Assembly (NCBI RefSeq): GCF_036321535.1
Contig: NC_087447.1
Coordinates: forward strand, 6,882,001-6,946,000
Direction of reading: 5' to 3'
DNA: 64,000 nucleotides
Source of the DNA: Camelus dromedarius
Taxonomy: Eukaryota
Notes under the pieces: model-generated
What the model saw: only the letters and a program-made list of their open reading frames with translations
Databases searched by the model: none
Told to the model about the DNA's origin: nothing
Shown: positions 41,901 to 58,019 of the stretch, in pieces
Position numbering within the stretch: position 1 is the first letter of the stretch
How the letters are laid out: the number at the start of each line of letters is the position of its first letter
Translations under genes and position numbers: made by a program

Positions 41901-42237
41901 CCCGACCGAGGGTCGTCCTGCTTTTATGAACCCCTGCTTCCCTCACCCCCGCAACGTCTCAGGCATTATCTGTGGGGTGCAATATATCGGGGGTCTGGTC
42001 CCCTTACCCATACACACACCTTGTCCAGATACACTTCCGGGTCGAAGTGCGCCCCGTTGAGATCCGTCGGGTCCAGGGGGTCCGGCCCCACGGGGCGCCC
42101 CGCAGCCTCCCCCTCTGAGAGGCCGTAGTAAAGCTTCAGCATCCCATGCGCCTTCCGCCGACGCTCCGGAGCCTCCGCTTCGGGCCCCTCCAGGGAGTCC
42201 CCAGGTCCAGACCCAGGGCCAGGCCCAGCGGCTGCGG
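32905..42237 (-). CDS. VPS51: GARP/EARP complex subunit VPS51 (about 782 aa; ATG hidden in gap, expected near 42247)
   Basis: Exons 42020-42237+ ([14 protein letters not shown]...[10 protein letters not shown]), exon 2 starting at 41531 (LRR.., rest in gap), 36628-36774, 36326-36545, 35502-36219, 34901-35116, 34535-34753, 33973-34094, 33795-33882, 32905-33165 (ends [12 protein letters not shown]). Confidence 0.97.
37258..38860 (-). mobile_element. Old LINE-1 5' region/ORF1 remnant in VPS51 intron 2
   Basis: Minus-frame [26 protein letters not shown] resembles the L1 ORF1p segment EEIMAENFPNL..IQEAQRTP. Degenerate. Confidence 0.75.
38870..39035 (+). mobile_element. MER58A-like hAT-Charlie MITE fragment
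   Basis: cagaaaccagatggtccacaaagcctaaaatatttact...cagaaaa matches the MER58 right end. Confidence 0.6.
40508..40956 (+). pseudogene. RPL35A: Processed pseudogene of 60S ribosomal protein eL33 (RPL35A)
   Basis: Intronless, with TOP-like 5'UTR (ctctttcagccatcttgg). ORF span 40571-40903 ([30 protein letters not shown]...YPSRI*) with premature TGA at 40835-40837; AATAAA at 40919-40924; A-tail 40943-40956. Confidence 0.95.
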
Positions 42238-43194
42238 NNNNNNNNNNNNNNNNNNNNNNNNNNNNNNNNNNNNNNNNNNNNNNNNNNNNNNNNNNNNNNN
42301 NNNNNNNNNNNNNNNNNNNNNNNNNNNNNNNNNNNNNNNNNNNNNNNNNNNNNNNNNNNNNNNNNNNNNNNNNTCGAGATTAGAGTTCCCCCCTAGTCTT
42401 TCCTCTCTGAGCGAAGAGGTTCCGGAAGAGCCCTGGGGTCCCCCAGCTTCTCAGGTGGGAGGATTCTGTGGAACTGGTCGGGTTACTCTCTTCTCAGAAG
42501 GAGAGCGGGGCGTGGCTCCCAACCCCGCACCCCTGCAGGCAAGGTCTCAGGGAATATGTCCCTAGATGCAGTGGACGGAATGCAGGCCATGGAGCCAGAG
42601 ACCACGTGCCTGGCATCCTGCCACTGCCTTGTTACTGGGGCCACGGCTTAGCTTCCCCATTGGGGTATGTATTTCACAAGGGGGCTTTGAGGATTAAATG
42701 TATGTACAGTACCGCACAGTGACTCTACCGTAGTGTTTCTCAAGCCTGGTCCTCTGATGTGGATCAGAATTGCCTTCAGAATTACCTTTGGCGCGTTGCA
42801 GACTCTGGGCTCCCTTCAGACCTAGCTTCTTTTTAAAAATCCTCAAGTAGTTTGGGTGCACTTGAATTTGATAACTATTATACCGTGCTGATAAGGCACA
42901 CTTGGCAGATGTTAAGTGACTGATGAGATGTGTCCAGTGAGAGGCTGGGTGGAGATGTTGAGGATAATTCCCAGGTTTCTGATTTGGACAAAGGTACAGC
43001 TGTTCAACGAGGTGAAGAGCTGAAGATAGGGAAAGATTTGGAGGTCAAATTGAAACATGCTGATTTTGAATGGATGAAAAGGAGAAAAAGACTGTGAATG
43101 TGGCCTTTCAAACATTACTTATGATGGGCTGGGGGGCCAGGGGTGGAAATAGAAACAACTTTATTCTTCCACAGGGATCCTTCGAACCAAACAC

Positions 43195-43473
43195 AGCCAC
43201 ACTGTAAGCTGCTGCTTTTTTTTTTCCTTCATTTTTAAATGGTTGAAAAATATAATAGTGACATTTCACGACGTGAAAATTATATGACATTCGTATTTAT
43301 GTCCATAAATAAAGTTTTATGGGAACATATCCATACCCACTTGTTTACATCTTATCAATGCCTGCTTTTGCACTACTGCAGTAGAACTGAGTGGTTGCAA
43401 CAGAGACCATATGGCTGGCAAAACCTAAAACATTTACTATCTGCTCTTTCACAGGAAAAGTTTGCTGACCTCT
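43195..43473 (+). mobile_element. MER58B-like hAT-Charlie MITE
   Basis: ttttaaatggttgaaaa...gtgaaaattatatga...ataaataaagttttat...aaaacctaaaacatttactatc...aagtttgctgacctctg. Confidence 0.75.
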
Positions 43474-45573
43474 GAAACTATGGGATGTTCAGAAGCTGTA
43501 TAAAATATATACATTTAGCTTATGAAGCTACAATCTTAAGAAAAATGAAGTAAAGAGTATATTTAGATCTACTCCAAGAAATTTATACTTTAAAAAAAAG
43601 TTGCAGAATACTGTTAAGAAAAATTAACCAAAATTTGGAATAAAGACAAAGAGTGTAGCAGGGCCTTCCAAAGTCATACTGGGGCATTGTTTCACAAGCC
43701 CACCCAAGAATTAATTACTCATAGAACTGTACATTTGTTTGATTTTTTTAAATTTAGATATTATCCCAGAGAGATGCACATTTCTATCTGGTTGGGAAAT
43801 AACCTCAAAATTTAGTTTTTATTGCCCTGTAGGACATCAACCAATTTTGGATCTAACCTAGTCACATTCTAACATTCTTCTTTAAATGTGTATCAATATC
43901 TAGCTCCTCAAGATGTGTTAACTACCTTACTGAGGGGGAACACGTTCACTGATGAGTTAATACATCTTAGTTATGCATTTATTCTTTATTTAGATACTGT
44001 GTTTTTAACTTTTTGAAAAGCATACTTTGACAACACATACGGTGTGATTTTATTTTTTTAATTCTGCATGTAGATGTACATGTAGGTGTATGAAGTTACA
44101 TCAAGAAGGGACCCAAAAGGTGCCCACTCACCAAACTGCTGAAGGGGTTATGTCTGTAGGGGTGGAGGTGGAGGCAGGAGACTGTTACATTTTCCCCTAT
44201 ATGCTTGTGTATGATGCAAATCTTTGACAAGAACGTATTCATACACTACTTGGATTTTTTTGAATAGCATTGAGGTAGGAGCCCTAATATATGAAAGTCC
44301 ATTTGCATTCAAATGAGAACTAAGGGGCAGTTGTTTCAACAGTGTGACCAAGACTGGGCATTAGGGCACCAGGCAGCACCCCTTTAATGTGTTAAGCTGG
44401 GGGTCTGAGGGTCTGATGTGATTAATGACATGGGGCAGCAATAACTGGTGGGGTCAGGCTCTTACCCTACCACTTTGAGGCAGGAGACTTCAGGTCTTGG
44501 CCTGACCTGGGACTTAACTTCTGAGGCAGGAGGCAATGGGGCTGGCCAAATTCAACATCAATTCTTCTACCTTAGTTCCTGGAAGCATGCATGTTTTCTG
44601 ACTTATTTTGTTGACAATCCTGAATTCTCACCTCCTTTGTCGTGTGCAGAGGGAATGTTTCCTCTTGGCTTCTAACTGTCCCTGCACTTTTCACATTCTT
44701 GGGCAGAACTGGATCTTAGTGTCAGTACTGATTCCCTCACTCATTAGTTGTAAAAACTTGAGCTGGCAATCCCTCTCTGTGCCTCAGACTCACGTAGAAA
44801 ATAGGATTTGTGCCACCAGTCCCAGCTTTCTCGTGGGATTCCTGGAATGGTAGAGGTGATGGGTGTGAAAATGCTGAGGGCTGGAAGGTGGCAGAGAGGG
44901 AGAGCTGCCAGCATCATGTGCTGGAAGAACACCTGGGGAGGTGGAAAAGCCTGTTGCTCTCCAGGTCACACCCAGGAGGGTACAGGGAAGGTCCTAGGAC
45001 AGCTATCCCTTCCCTTAGTTCCTCCCCATTAGGGTTTAGAACAAATACTTGGAGCCTGTGATCCAGCCCAGGCCTGCCCTCACCTGGTTATGCCCTCCAG
45101 TTACACCGAAGAGGTTTTATTAGGAGAGATGACACTAGTCTCTCATCTGTCTAAGACTTGCTGTGGACCTGCCACGTGCCCCTGCACTCTTCTGAGCCCC
45201 AGGTCTTCACCTATAGAATGTGTCCACACCACCTCCTGTGTGGAACTGTTGAGAGGACTCGGTGAGAAGATTCGCACAAGAGCACAGAGGCTGTGGGCTG
45301 GGATGGTGAGGAACACTGTCCCTCACGCAACATGATATGCCCCACTGCTCTGCACCTTTAGCTCACCACCCCTCCACAATTCAGGGCTGCCCTGGCCATC
45401 CATGAAACATTCCTGTATTGGCTGGAACCAGCCTGTGTTCTAGAATCTTGTCCCCTATAATGTCCTCAATTCTAGAATCCTACTGCTATTCCAGACTGTG
45501 TATTCTAGAACCAGAGGGGTGGGCTGATTTTCCTGGCAGTGTCTGCTTGTTCAAGCTCTGCCGGCTGACCTGA

Positions 45574-46153
<580 letters not shown>

Positions 46154-46205
46154 GGCCTGGGGACCAGGCTGAGAAGGGGAAGGAAAAGGCTGCTTCAGGT
46201 GTTTT

Positions 46206-46211
46206 AATAAA
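46206..46211 (+). terminator. TMEM262: TMEM262 polyadenylation signal
   Basis: AATAAA 52 nt after the stop. Confidence 0.85.
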
Positions 46212-46219
46212 GTCTGTCA

Positions 46220-46225
46220 TTTATT
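46220..46225 (-). terminator. ZFPL1: ZFPL1 polyadenylation signal
   Basis: TTTATT on +, about 250 nt past the ZFPL1 stop. Confidence 0.8.
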
Positions 46226-46473
46226 TCCACCTGACAGTTCCTTTGTTGGGTGGGGGGTCGGGGTGGAAGGCTGGAGAACCAGGGGAAGCAGATCAAGACA
46301 AACGCTTGAACTGCAGGGACCCCAGGCCAAGCCTGCAGCCACTCTGGTGGACTTGGCTTTGGGCCTGGAATCTTAGTGTCTCAGGCTTGAGGGAAAGGAG
46401 CAGAGAAGGGCCCCAGACTTCCCCCCTCGCTTAAGCCCCCAAGTCTTAGACTGGACCAGCCATAAGCAAGGGC

Positions 46474-49768
<3,295 letters not shown>

Positions 49769-50220
49769 CTACGCACTACTCAGCCCAGTTCGTTTCCACT
49801 CTTAACTGCCCTAAACACCTTTCGTATTCTCCCCAACCCCAAATTCCTGCCTACCGTACCTCTTCATTCGGAACCACGCCCCCTGAATAAATCCCGCCTC
49901 CGGAGACCCCACATTCCTCCAGTACCCCACCCCCGGCCAGGCCCCTCCATCAGTCCCTCCGATACCACCGGCCCCGCCCCCAAGGGGGCCCCTCCTGAGC
50001 CCCACCCCTTCCAAGCCCCGCCCCCACTTTCTCCACACACCCCACTTTCTCCACACACCCAACTCTCCGTATTACTAATCCGAGGCGGCACCGGTCCCCA
50101 CGGGCGCGAGGGCTGGTGCGAGGTGCGGAAGGTCAGACCGCGCTCAGCCGAGCTCTCGCTCAGCTCACTTCAGCTCACTCCAGCTCAGAACGCTCCGATT
50201 ATCCCTCCGCTGCCACGTCT

Positions 50221-50379
50221 CTTCCGGGTGCAGCGCGCACTGATGACGCCAGCGCGCCACTGGTCCCGCCCCTGTAGACGCTAGACGTGGAGGCGGGTGA
50301 AGAAGGGGTGATGAGAGCTCGGCGGCCCTCCCGCTCTACGTCACTTCCGCTTCCTCTCGGGCAAGGCGGGTAATTCGAA
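50221..50379. promoter_or_regulatory. CDCA5: ZFPL1/CDCA5 bidirectional promoter with CDE/CHR tandem
   Basis: ETS sites CTTCCGG (50221) and CACTTCCGCTTCC (50342-50354). CDE GGCGG at 50365-50369, 4-nt spacer, then CHR variant TTCGAA at 50374-50379: the DREAM/MuvB arrangement typical of G2/M genes. Confidence 0.8.
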
Positions 50380-50406
50380 CGTTTGCCCTTCGGGTTGGCG
50401 CGAGCC

Positions 50407-50407
<1 letters not shown>

Positions 50408-50469
<62 letters not shown>
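50408..50469 (+). repeat. Uninterrupted (CGG)20 trinucleotide repeat in the CDCA5 5' leader
   Basis: Counted directly: CGG x20 at 50408-50467 plus CG, ending about 20 nt before the ATG at 50489. Confidence 0.97.
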
Positions 50470-50471
<2 letters not shown>

Positions 50472-50488
50472 CGAGACCAAGGCTAGAC

Positions 50489-53400
50489 ATGTCCGAGAGG
50501 CGAACGCGGTCCGGAGGGGCCGCCCAGTGCTCCGGTGAGCAGAGGGCGCGCGGGAGGGATGGGGTTGAACCGTTTGAGGGACGCTGTCCCGTGAGGAAGG
50601 CCCTCCCCCCACTACACTAGGAGGCTTGTCCCCTCCACTGGGAAGGCGCCCCCAAAGGGCCTGTTAGGGACCTTCTCTCGCTCTCTCCAGAACCTGTTCT
50701 CTAGACTCTGAGGTCCAGAGTGCTCCCCTACCTCGTAAATTTTTCTCCTTCCAGAGCCCAAGGCCCCAACTCCCACTCAGTCTCTGCGGAGGTCCCAGCG
50801 GAAATCAGGCTCTGATCTCCCAAGCACCCTCCCGGAAATCTGGCCTAAGGTGAGCCCTGCGTTCTTCAGTTCCTCCTGCTCGTGGGGTCCCTGGACTAAT
50901 GTAGAGCTCATGTTCACCCCTTTTCTCCAGGCACCCCAGGAGGCTCCAATCAGAAAGCCCATTGTCTTGAAGAAGATCGTGGCACATACTGTAGAGGTGA
51001 GGGCTGAGAGAGGGGTTGTAGGTAGGGAGCCAAAATTGGTGGCCGGCTCTGTGTTTAATTGGTGTTGTCTCCGCAGACCCCATCTGTTCAGTCGCCTCGA
51101 AGGAGCCCCAGGGTAAGTTCATTTTCATCTGCTTAGTTGATGGGAATCCAGGGCACTCTAGAGCTGGGGCGGGACATAATGGCTACTTACATCTACCCAG
51201 GGAGCTGTTTTTGTTGTATTTTGAAACAATTTGCCTTTGGACACCTGCATGTACTGCCTGTCTTGCTTGCTTCCTGCAGATTTAGTACATTTAGCTATTG
51301 ATGTCCTAGTATTCCCTGCTGTTTTTCTTTAAAAGTTGAGCTGTGTCTTAATTACTCTTTCTTCTTTCTGGTCTATTATTTTAGTTTTTACTTCTGGAAT
51401 TGCAGTGTTCTTAACTGTTAGCAGAAGTTATTAAGGATGTTTCATTGACAAGATCTGTGCCTGAAGCTATAACGAAAGAGAAGATATAATGAATGCCTTT
51501 GAAGAGCTCATGGGGCTTACAGTCAAATGAGGAGAAAGACGAATAAGTGATAACAACCTAGTGTGCTGAGAACTGTAATAAGGAGACTACTAGATGCCGT
51601 GGAGGCACCTAACCCAGACCAGATGGCTCAGGGAATGTTTCACAGAAGAAGTATTTAAACTGAATCTTTAAAGGCAGTCTGTGTTTGCAGATTCCACAAG
51701 GAAAAGCCCAAGGTTTGGGAACAGCAGCTTGTTTGGTGTGTCTGCAGCAGACATTGTCAGGGCAAGGGAGTGTGCTGAGCCAGACCAGATCCTGATGAGG
51801 CATGAAAGCCATGCTTAGGAGTTTGGACTTCATCCATGGTTCTGTGGGCAGCTTTGGAGAGCCTTAAGCAAGGTAGTGACTGAGGCAAGCTTGGGTGTTT
51901 TAGAAAGATCCCTCTTGGGTCTGGGTGGAGGATGTGTTGGAGAAAGCCTCTTGGGGACCCCAAAACCAGGTACGAGGACTTGAAAGGAATCCTGAAGTGA
52001 GATGGTGGGAGCCCGGAGTAAGGTAAAGGCAGAGTGCTGCTCCTCACCCCATCACACAGGACTCAGCTCAAAGAACACCTTCTAGAAGCATTCTGGATAT
52101 AGTTCTCCACAGGCTTGATGAATAGCAGAGAGTATTTTGTTTGCATGTTTGTTTTCTTGAGGACAGGGACTTCTGCCTCCCCCGTGGTGGCCACTCTTTC
52201 TTGGCTGAATGATTGTTTGCTGAAATAATAAGCCAAAAAGCTGCGTGCTTGGCTGTAGGGGAAGTAGTTGGGTGACACCCAATTACTTTTGTTCAGCATC
52301 CCTTTTACTAGGTTAAGACTAATACGGCAGATTTCTCAGAGCCTGTAGCCAGGAGATGTCTCTTAATAACCAATACAACCCTATTAGACCACAATAGAGG
52401 TCACTGAATTTATCCTGCTTCTCACCTTGTCTTGGCTGTCAGAAAGCTCAGTGCCAAGTTTTGTGTAAGTTAATCCGGTGAGTATCTGTTGAATACCTGC
52501 TCCTTGCAGGGCCCTGCTGAAGGTGCTGGGCGTAGGCGAGAACCAGACAGATGAAGCGCACGATCTGATTGGGGTGACAGTCAACCAGTGAGCAGCCAAA
52601 ATCAGGTAGTGATGGTTGCTGTCCAGGAAAGAGGTCATTGTGACGGAGGGTAACAAGCAGAGGTGAAGGGGGGCTGGTCTCTACTCCAAGGTGAGGGATG
52701 GCCTCCCTGAGGAAACAGTATTTGAACTGAGATTAGACTTAAGAGGAGCCAGTACATGGACCTCTTAATACGCATGTCAGATTAAGCACTTTCCTGTTCA
52801 CAACCTTGCCATGGCTCCCTGGGTCTTAGAGCAAGGGTCTCCCCTTACAGTGGCCTACCAAAACGCCTTAGAACACGCCCATTACTTCCCAAACCACCTT
52901 CAGTTCCTCTTCTCACTTTAGCCACACTGGCCTTCCTGTTCCTTGACAGTGACTGTCATAGTTGCACCTCAGGACCTTTGTACCTTCTGTTTGCTCTGCC
53001 TAGAACATTTCTTCTCCAGATGACTTATTCCCTCACCTCCTTCAAGTCATAGCTCAGATGCTACCTCAGTGGGGCCTACATTGATCTATACCTGCTTAAA
53101 ATTCCAAACCACCCCCAAGTATGCTCTAGGCTCTGTTTTTCTCCAAAAGAGAACTTAGCATATCTAGCGGACAACATGATTTCTATTGCCTCTTTTCCCT
53201 GCTAGAGTGGAAGCTCCACGAAGACAGGTGTTCTCTCTGTTTTTTTCCCTGCTGTACTCCCAGTGCCCAGGACAGGGCCTGGCAGGTGACCCATATGTAC
53301 TTACTGACTGGATGGAGATTTTAGGAAAATCATCTCCAGCTGTGTGGCAAATGGACCTGAGCAGGAAGGGGCAGGGAGGAGGGTATTGAAAGGGTCTAGA

Positions 53401-54396
53401 GGACAGGTGATGGGGGCTTGCTCCAGGGACGGATGGTTAGGGTCCAGTCACATTTTGGGGACAGACCTGATAGTGTCGGGGATGGTGGCCAGTCTTCTTG
53501 TGTCACAACAGTGGACTCAGAAGCCATGACTGACTGTTCTCTTCCCCTCCCCACATCTGTCTCAGTGCCTAACTTGTCTCCACTTTCCCTTTTAAAAGTG
53601 TCCTGTGGGTCTGTCTTTCTACACTACATTTCCTTGGGCCTTTCTGAGAGTAACACAGCTAGGTAACAGGGAGGCATTCTCTCTTCCATCTTGGTACAGA
53701 TTGCTTTTCTCTTGGAGAAAGAAAACAACCCTTCCAGCAAGAAGCCTGCAAGGGAAGACCTCTTCCAGACATGCAGCGTCCCTGTCACTCCCACCCCCAC
53801 TCCTGTGCTCTGCTCCATTAATGTTGAGTCCAACTCCAGAGAAGGAGACCTGGACGCCAGAGACTTGGAAATGTCGAAGAAAGTCAGGCGATCCTATAGC
53901 CGCCTGGAGACTCTTGGCTCTGTCTCCACCTCCACCCCTGGCCGCCGGTCCTGCTTTGGCTTTGAGGGGCTGCTGGCGGCAGAAGACTTGGCTGGAGTCT
54001 CGCCGGTGGTGTGTTCAAAGTTAACCGAGGTCCCCAGGGTCCCTGCGAAGCCCTGGGCCCCAGACATGACTCTTCCTGGAATCTCCCCGCCGGTCATGAA
54101 AGAGAAGCGAAAGAAGAAGAAGGTGCCTGAGATCTTGGTGAGTGAGGGGCAGGGCCTTCCTCTGCTGACACGCCAGACACACCAGACACTCACAGGGCCG
54201 GGGCTCAGCTCTGGCTGTTATGAGGGAAGGGCAGCGCCTGCAGACCATGGGTGGAGACATTCCAGGCAACATGCCCCCTTCCCCACTCACCTGCCCCCCA
54301 TTTCTCTTCCCCCAGAAATCGGAGCTGGATGAGTGGGCCGCAGCCATGAATGCTGAGTTTGAAGCTGCTGAGCAGTTTGATCTCCTGGTTGAATGA
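50489..54396 (+). CDS. CDCA5: Sororin (253 aa)
   Basis: Exons 50489-50534, 50755-50849, 50931-50996, 51077-51112, 53700-54137, 54316-54396 total 762 nt. KEN box (LEKEN), FGF motif (RSCFGFEG), C-terminal LDEWAAAMNAEFEAAEQFDLLVE*. Confidence 0.98.
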
Positions 54397-55267
54397 GATG
54401 AGATGGGGATGCACCTGGCCAGACTCTTCTCCTCCCCCTGTACATAGTCCCCTCTACCTGTGGAGAAGACTCTCAGGGTCCCCTCCCCTGGCCTTGTTAC
54501 CCACCACCGTGCTGTTGCTGCACAGGAGGCCTGTCCTCCTCCCAGGGCTTGTGTGGCAGCCACAGCCGTCTCAGCTTCAGGAAAGGGGGCCCGGCCTGCC
54601 TGGCCCAGCCACGCACTGGTGTCCTTTCTGTAGTCGGTGACCCACTACCCTCTCCTCCCTGCCTTCCAGAGTATCCCAGTTGGTTTCCAGCTGGGCCACA
54701 GACTAGGGAGTCAGAATCACTGGCCCAGCCCGAGGAGGTTAAAGGGCGGGGGTTTGTGGGTGAGAGAGCACCTCTGCCCTTGTTGGGAAACTTGGCTGCT
54801 CTGCACCAGCTCCACCAGAAACGGATGCTGAGGGCCACAGCCAGCCTTGCCCTTTCTCTTCTGAGTTGCCTTCTGTTCCCGGTCGTGAGCCCCTCAAGGT
54901 AACAAGGCTTGGGTTTCCTCATAGATTCTGTGGCTGGTCTAGGAGGACATGTCCCCATGGATTGCAAACAGTCTATCTGTGGGAGAAGCTGGACATTCAG
55001 TCTATAGGGTCTTAGGTTTTGAAGGATAGAGGGAAGCCTTGGCTGGGTTTCAAACGTAAACATTTACTGCAGAGAAGCTGTGTTTTATAGTCTGTTCTGC
55101 TGTTGAGATGTTCGGTTAAATGCCAGGCTGATGGGGCACTGGCTGCTTGGGGCAAAGAAGGTGTCTCCAGATGCCACTGAACCTGAGGCTCAGGGCACTG
55201 GGACTGGAGGCCCGCAGGGGGCCGGGAAGTGGTACACTCCTGTCACTCATAGCTGTTTTTTTAACAA

Positions 55268-55273
55268 AATAAA
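55268..55273 (+). terminator. CDCA5: CDCA5 candidate poly(A) signal (distal alternative ATTAAA at 56055-56060)
   Basis: AATAAA seen directly; which site is used cannot be told from sequence. Confidence 0.55.
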
Positions 55274-57499
55274 GTGTACAGAGTCTACTCAGCTATAGAA
55301 GAATAACAGGGGTTGGATGGTCTTGATGGTGATCTAGCATTTTGCAGCTACACTTGTAAAGTTCTAAGAAGCTTTTCTCGCATGCCAGAAAGGGGCTGAG
55401 GTTAATAGCAGTTTTAGCTTTCAGCTTCCTTAGTGTCCTCTCACACGAGGACATTGCCCTGAGGTAGGTGCTCAGAGTTGAATGGGGCAGAAGGGTGGTC
55501 GTTCTCTGGGGAACCCTGCTCCCCTACCCTCTGCTTCTTGTTCCTCAACGTTGTTAAAAAGTGAGCCTTCAAAGGCTTCCCAGCCACAACTTCCGCCAGA
55601 GCCCAGGCCATTGTGCCTTTTGACATTTACAGGTTCGTGGACGTGGAGGCTAAGAGGAGTGTAGAGGGGCTGGTGAACAGCAGAGAACGTCAGGGAAGAT
55701 AAGCGCTTCCTCGGTTAGGGCACCTGAAATGCTTGGGCCTGATGGCGCTAATTAAACTCTTTGCAAGGCTAAAGGGTCCCAGGCTACCTGTCGAACGCTT
55801 CATGCTTTGTCAAATCCTGCAAGCAAGCCCCTTTACCAGGGTGGGCCCAGATGCCTTTGGGCTGGCCCACACCTGAAGAATCTGGTCCTCACCAGCTGGC
55901 AGGACAACTCCTGGGAAACAGTCCTGTAGAATTGGAAGTCACCAAATGATGTTGGGTTGATTTCGTTATCACAGACTTCTCTCTGTCCCTGAAAAAGTAA
56001 GAATGGAGTTTAAGAGAAAACAGGTTTCTTTTTTAAATTAAAAAAGAAAACCTGATTAAAGAATTATTGCCTGTTCAGAGAGTGTTTCTTTTGTTGGGTC
56101 AAAGGCAGAGCTGATGGTGTGGGGCCCAAGAGCCACACTTTCTTTTGGCTGTGTCACCAGGCTTGTCCCTTTTTACCGAGGGCTGCCAACCTGACCTCCA
56201 GAAGCCCTGCGGTAGGTCACTCCCACCTGTCCAGTCACTGTACCCACTCCAAGGCAGGGCTGGAGGAAAGAAGTCGGGACTGGGGTGAGGCTGCTAAGAG
56301 CTTTGCTCAGTACCTGGAAACCAGTCTGCACACCACCCCAAGTCCAGCCCTTGCTCCCTGGCCCTGTCTCCCTGTCAGATTCCTGCTAAGGGACCGATGT
56401 TTCACACGGGCCCAACGTGGATGCTCCACAGCACTGAGTGCAGAACCCCTGGGGAGCTAGTCAGAGGTGCAGGTTCCCAGGAATTCTCTTCCTCTCCCTC
56501 GCATCCTCTATGCTTGTCCTTGCCTCCTAGTCCTTAGAGCAGATCAAGGTCTTTAAATTCTCCCTAAGCCTCCCCACCTTTACCTCCTTCCCTTACGCGG
56601 AGGAGAGGGGGCTCCTCTTTTCAAGACCAAGCTTTCCATTTTGGCTTTTGATCCAGTTCTCACCTCTGAGATGCCTCTTTCTCCTACAAGTCTTAAACAG
56701 GCTTATGTTCATTTAATTGTTAAAAACAACTACCTTAATCCTAATCCAAAAAAAAATCTTATCCAGCATGTTTTCATCTACTGCTATTAATGTCTTTCAA
56801 GATTAAGCCCCTTGCAATAATGTCCAAAGGTTGTTCTCTGCTTCCTTTCAATTTACTCTGGGTGCCCTCATCACTCCATTTACTGCTTGGACAAAAGTAA
56901 CCAGCGGCCCCCCTAATGACCAATGCTACAGACTCAGGCCTTTGCAGCCTGGGCTGAGAACACTCTTCTTGGGGCCATAGTACCGGTGGCCCCTCTTTCT
57001 TGGCTTCTCCTGAAATACCAGCACACCCAGATTCAGTCCTGGATCCTCTTTTCTATCTCCCTGCTCTTTGTGGGTCACCTCCTTGCTCAAGACTTGCTAG
57101 TCTCTATCTCCAAACCATACCTCTCTCCTGAGCTTCAAACCAGAATCTAGGACTGTCTTTTAGAACTGTATCCCACCCCAGAAGTCATCTCAAATTCAGC
57201 TCATCCACCAGCTTGCCTCTTCCTGTGCTCCCTCTGCCATTAGCACCACCACCAGCTGACCCAGTCCCACCACCCAGGGACCTGGGGTCATTTGCACCTC
57301 TACCCTCTCTCACCCCATCCTGTCAGCCCCAACCTCCTCCACATCCCTCCATCCCTGAGGCCACTGGACAGTTGCCCTGGCCTCCTAGCGAGTCTCCTTC
57401 CCTTTAATCTCTCACCTCTTCAAACTCCACAACACTGCGGCCAGAATGAGTTTTCTAAGAAAGTATGATGCTGTTTATCCCCTGCTTAACACTGATACT

Positions 57500-58015
57500 G
57501 TTCCACTTCTGAGTATAATATCCAAAAGAATTGAAAGCAGGGTCTCAAGATACTCGTACACCTATGTTCATAGCAGCATTCACAACGGCCAGAAGGTGGA
57601 AACAACAAATATCCATCAATGAATGAGTGGATAAACATAATGCAGTATAAGGTACAACAGAATATTATTCAGCCTTCAAAAGGGATGATTTTCTGATACA
57701 AGCTACATAGATAAACCTTGAAAACATGCTTAGTGAAATGAGCCAGACACAAAAAGACAAATATTGTACGACTCCTGTTTATAGGAGATACCTAGAACTG
57801 TCGAATTCATAAAGACAGAAAGGATGGTGGTTGCCAGGGGCTGGGGGAATGGGGAGTTACTATTTAATGGGGACAATTTCAGTTTGGGAAGATGAAGTTC
57901 TGGACGTGGATGATGGTGATGGTTGTGCAGCGATGTTGAGTCTGCTCAATGCCACTGAACTGTACAGTTAAAATGGTAAATGTCATGTATTTTACCATAG
58001 TAAGTTTTAAAAAAC
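57500..58015 (+). mobile_element. L1MB-like LINE-1 3' end
   Basis: atgttcatagcagcattcacaacggccagaaggtggaaacaac...gagccagacacaaaaagacaaatattgt...ggtgatggttgtgca. Confidence 0.8.
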
Positions 58016-58019
58016 AACC

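Noticed and set aside
50199-50612. Minus-strand ORF with 20 alanines
   Set aside because: It is only the antisense reading of the CGG repeat across a promoter, with no independent coding evidence.
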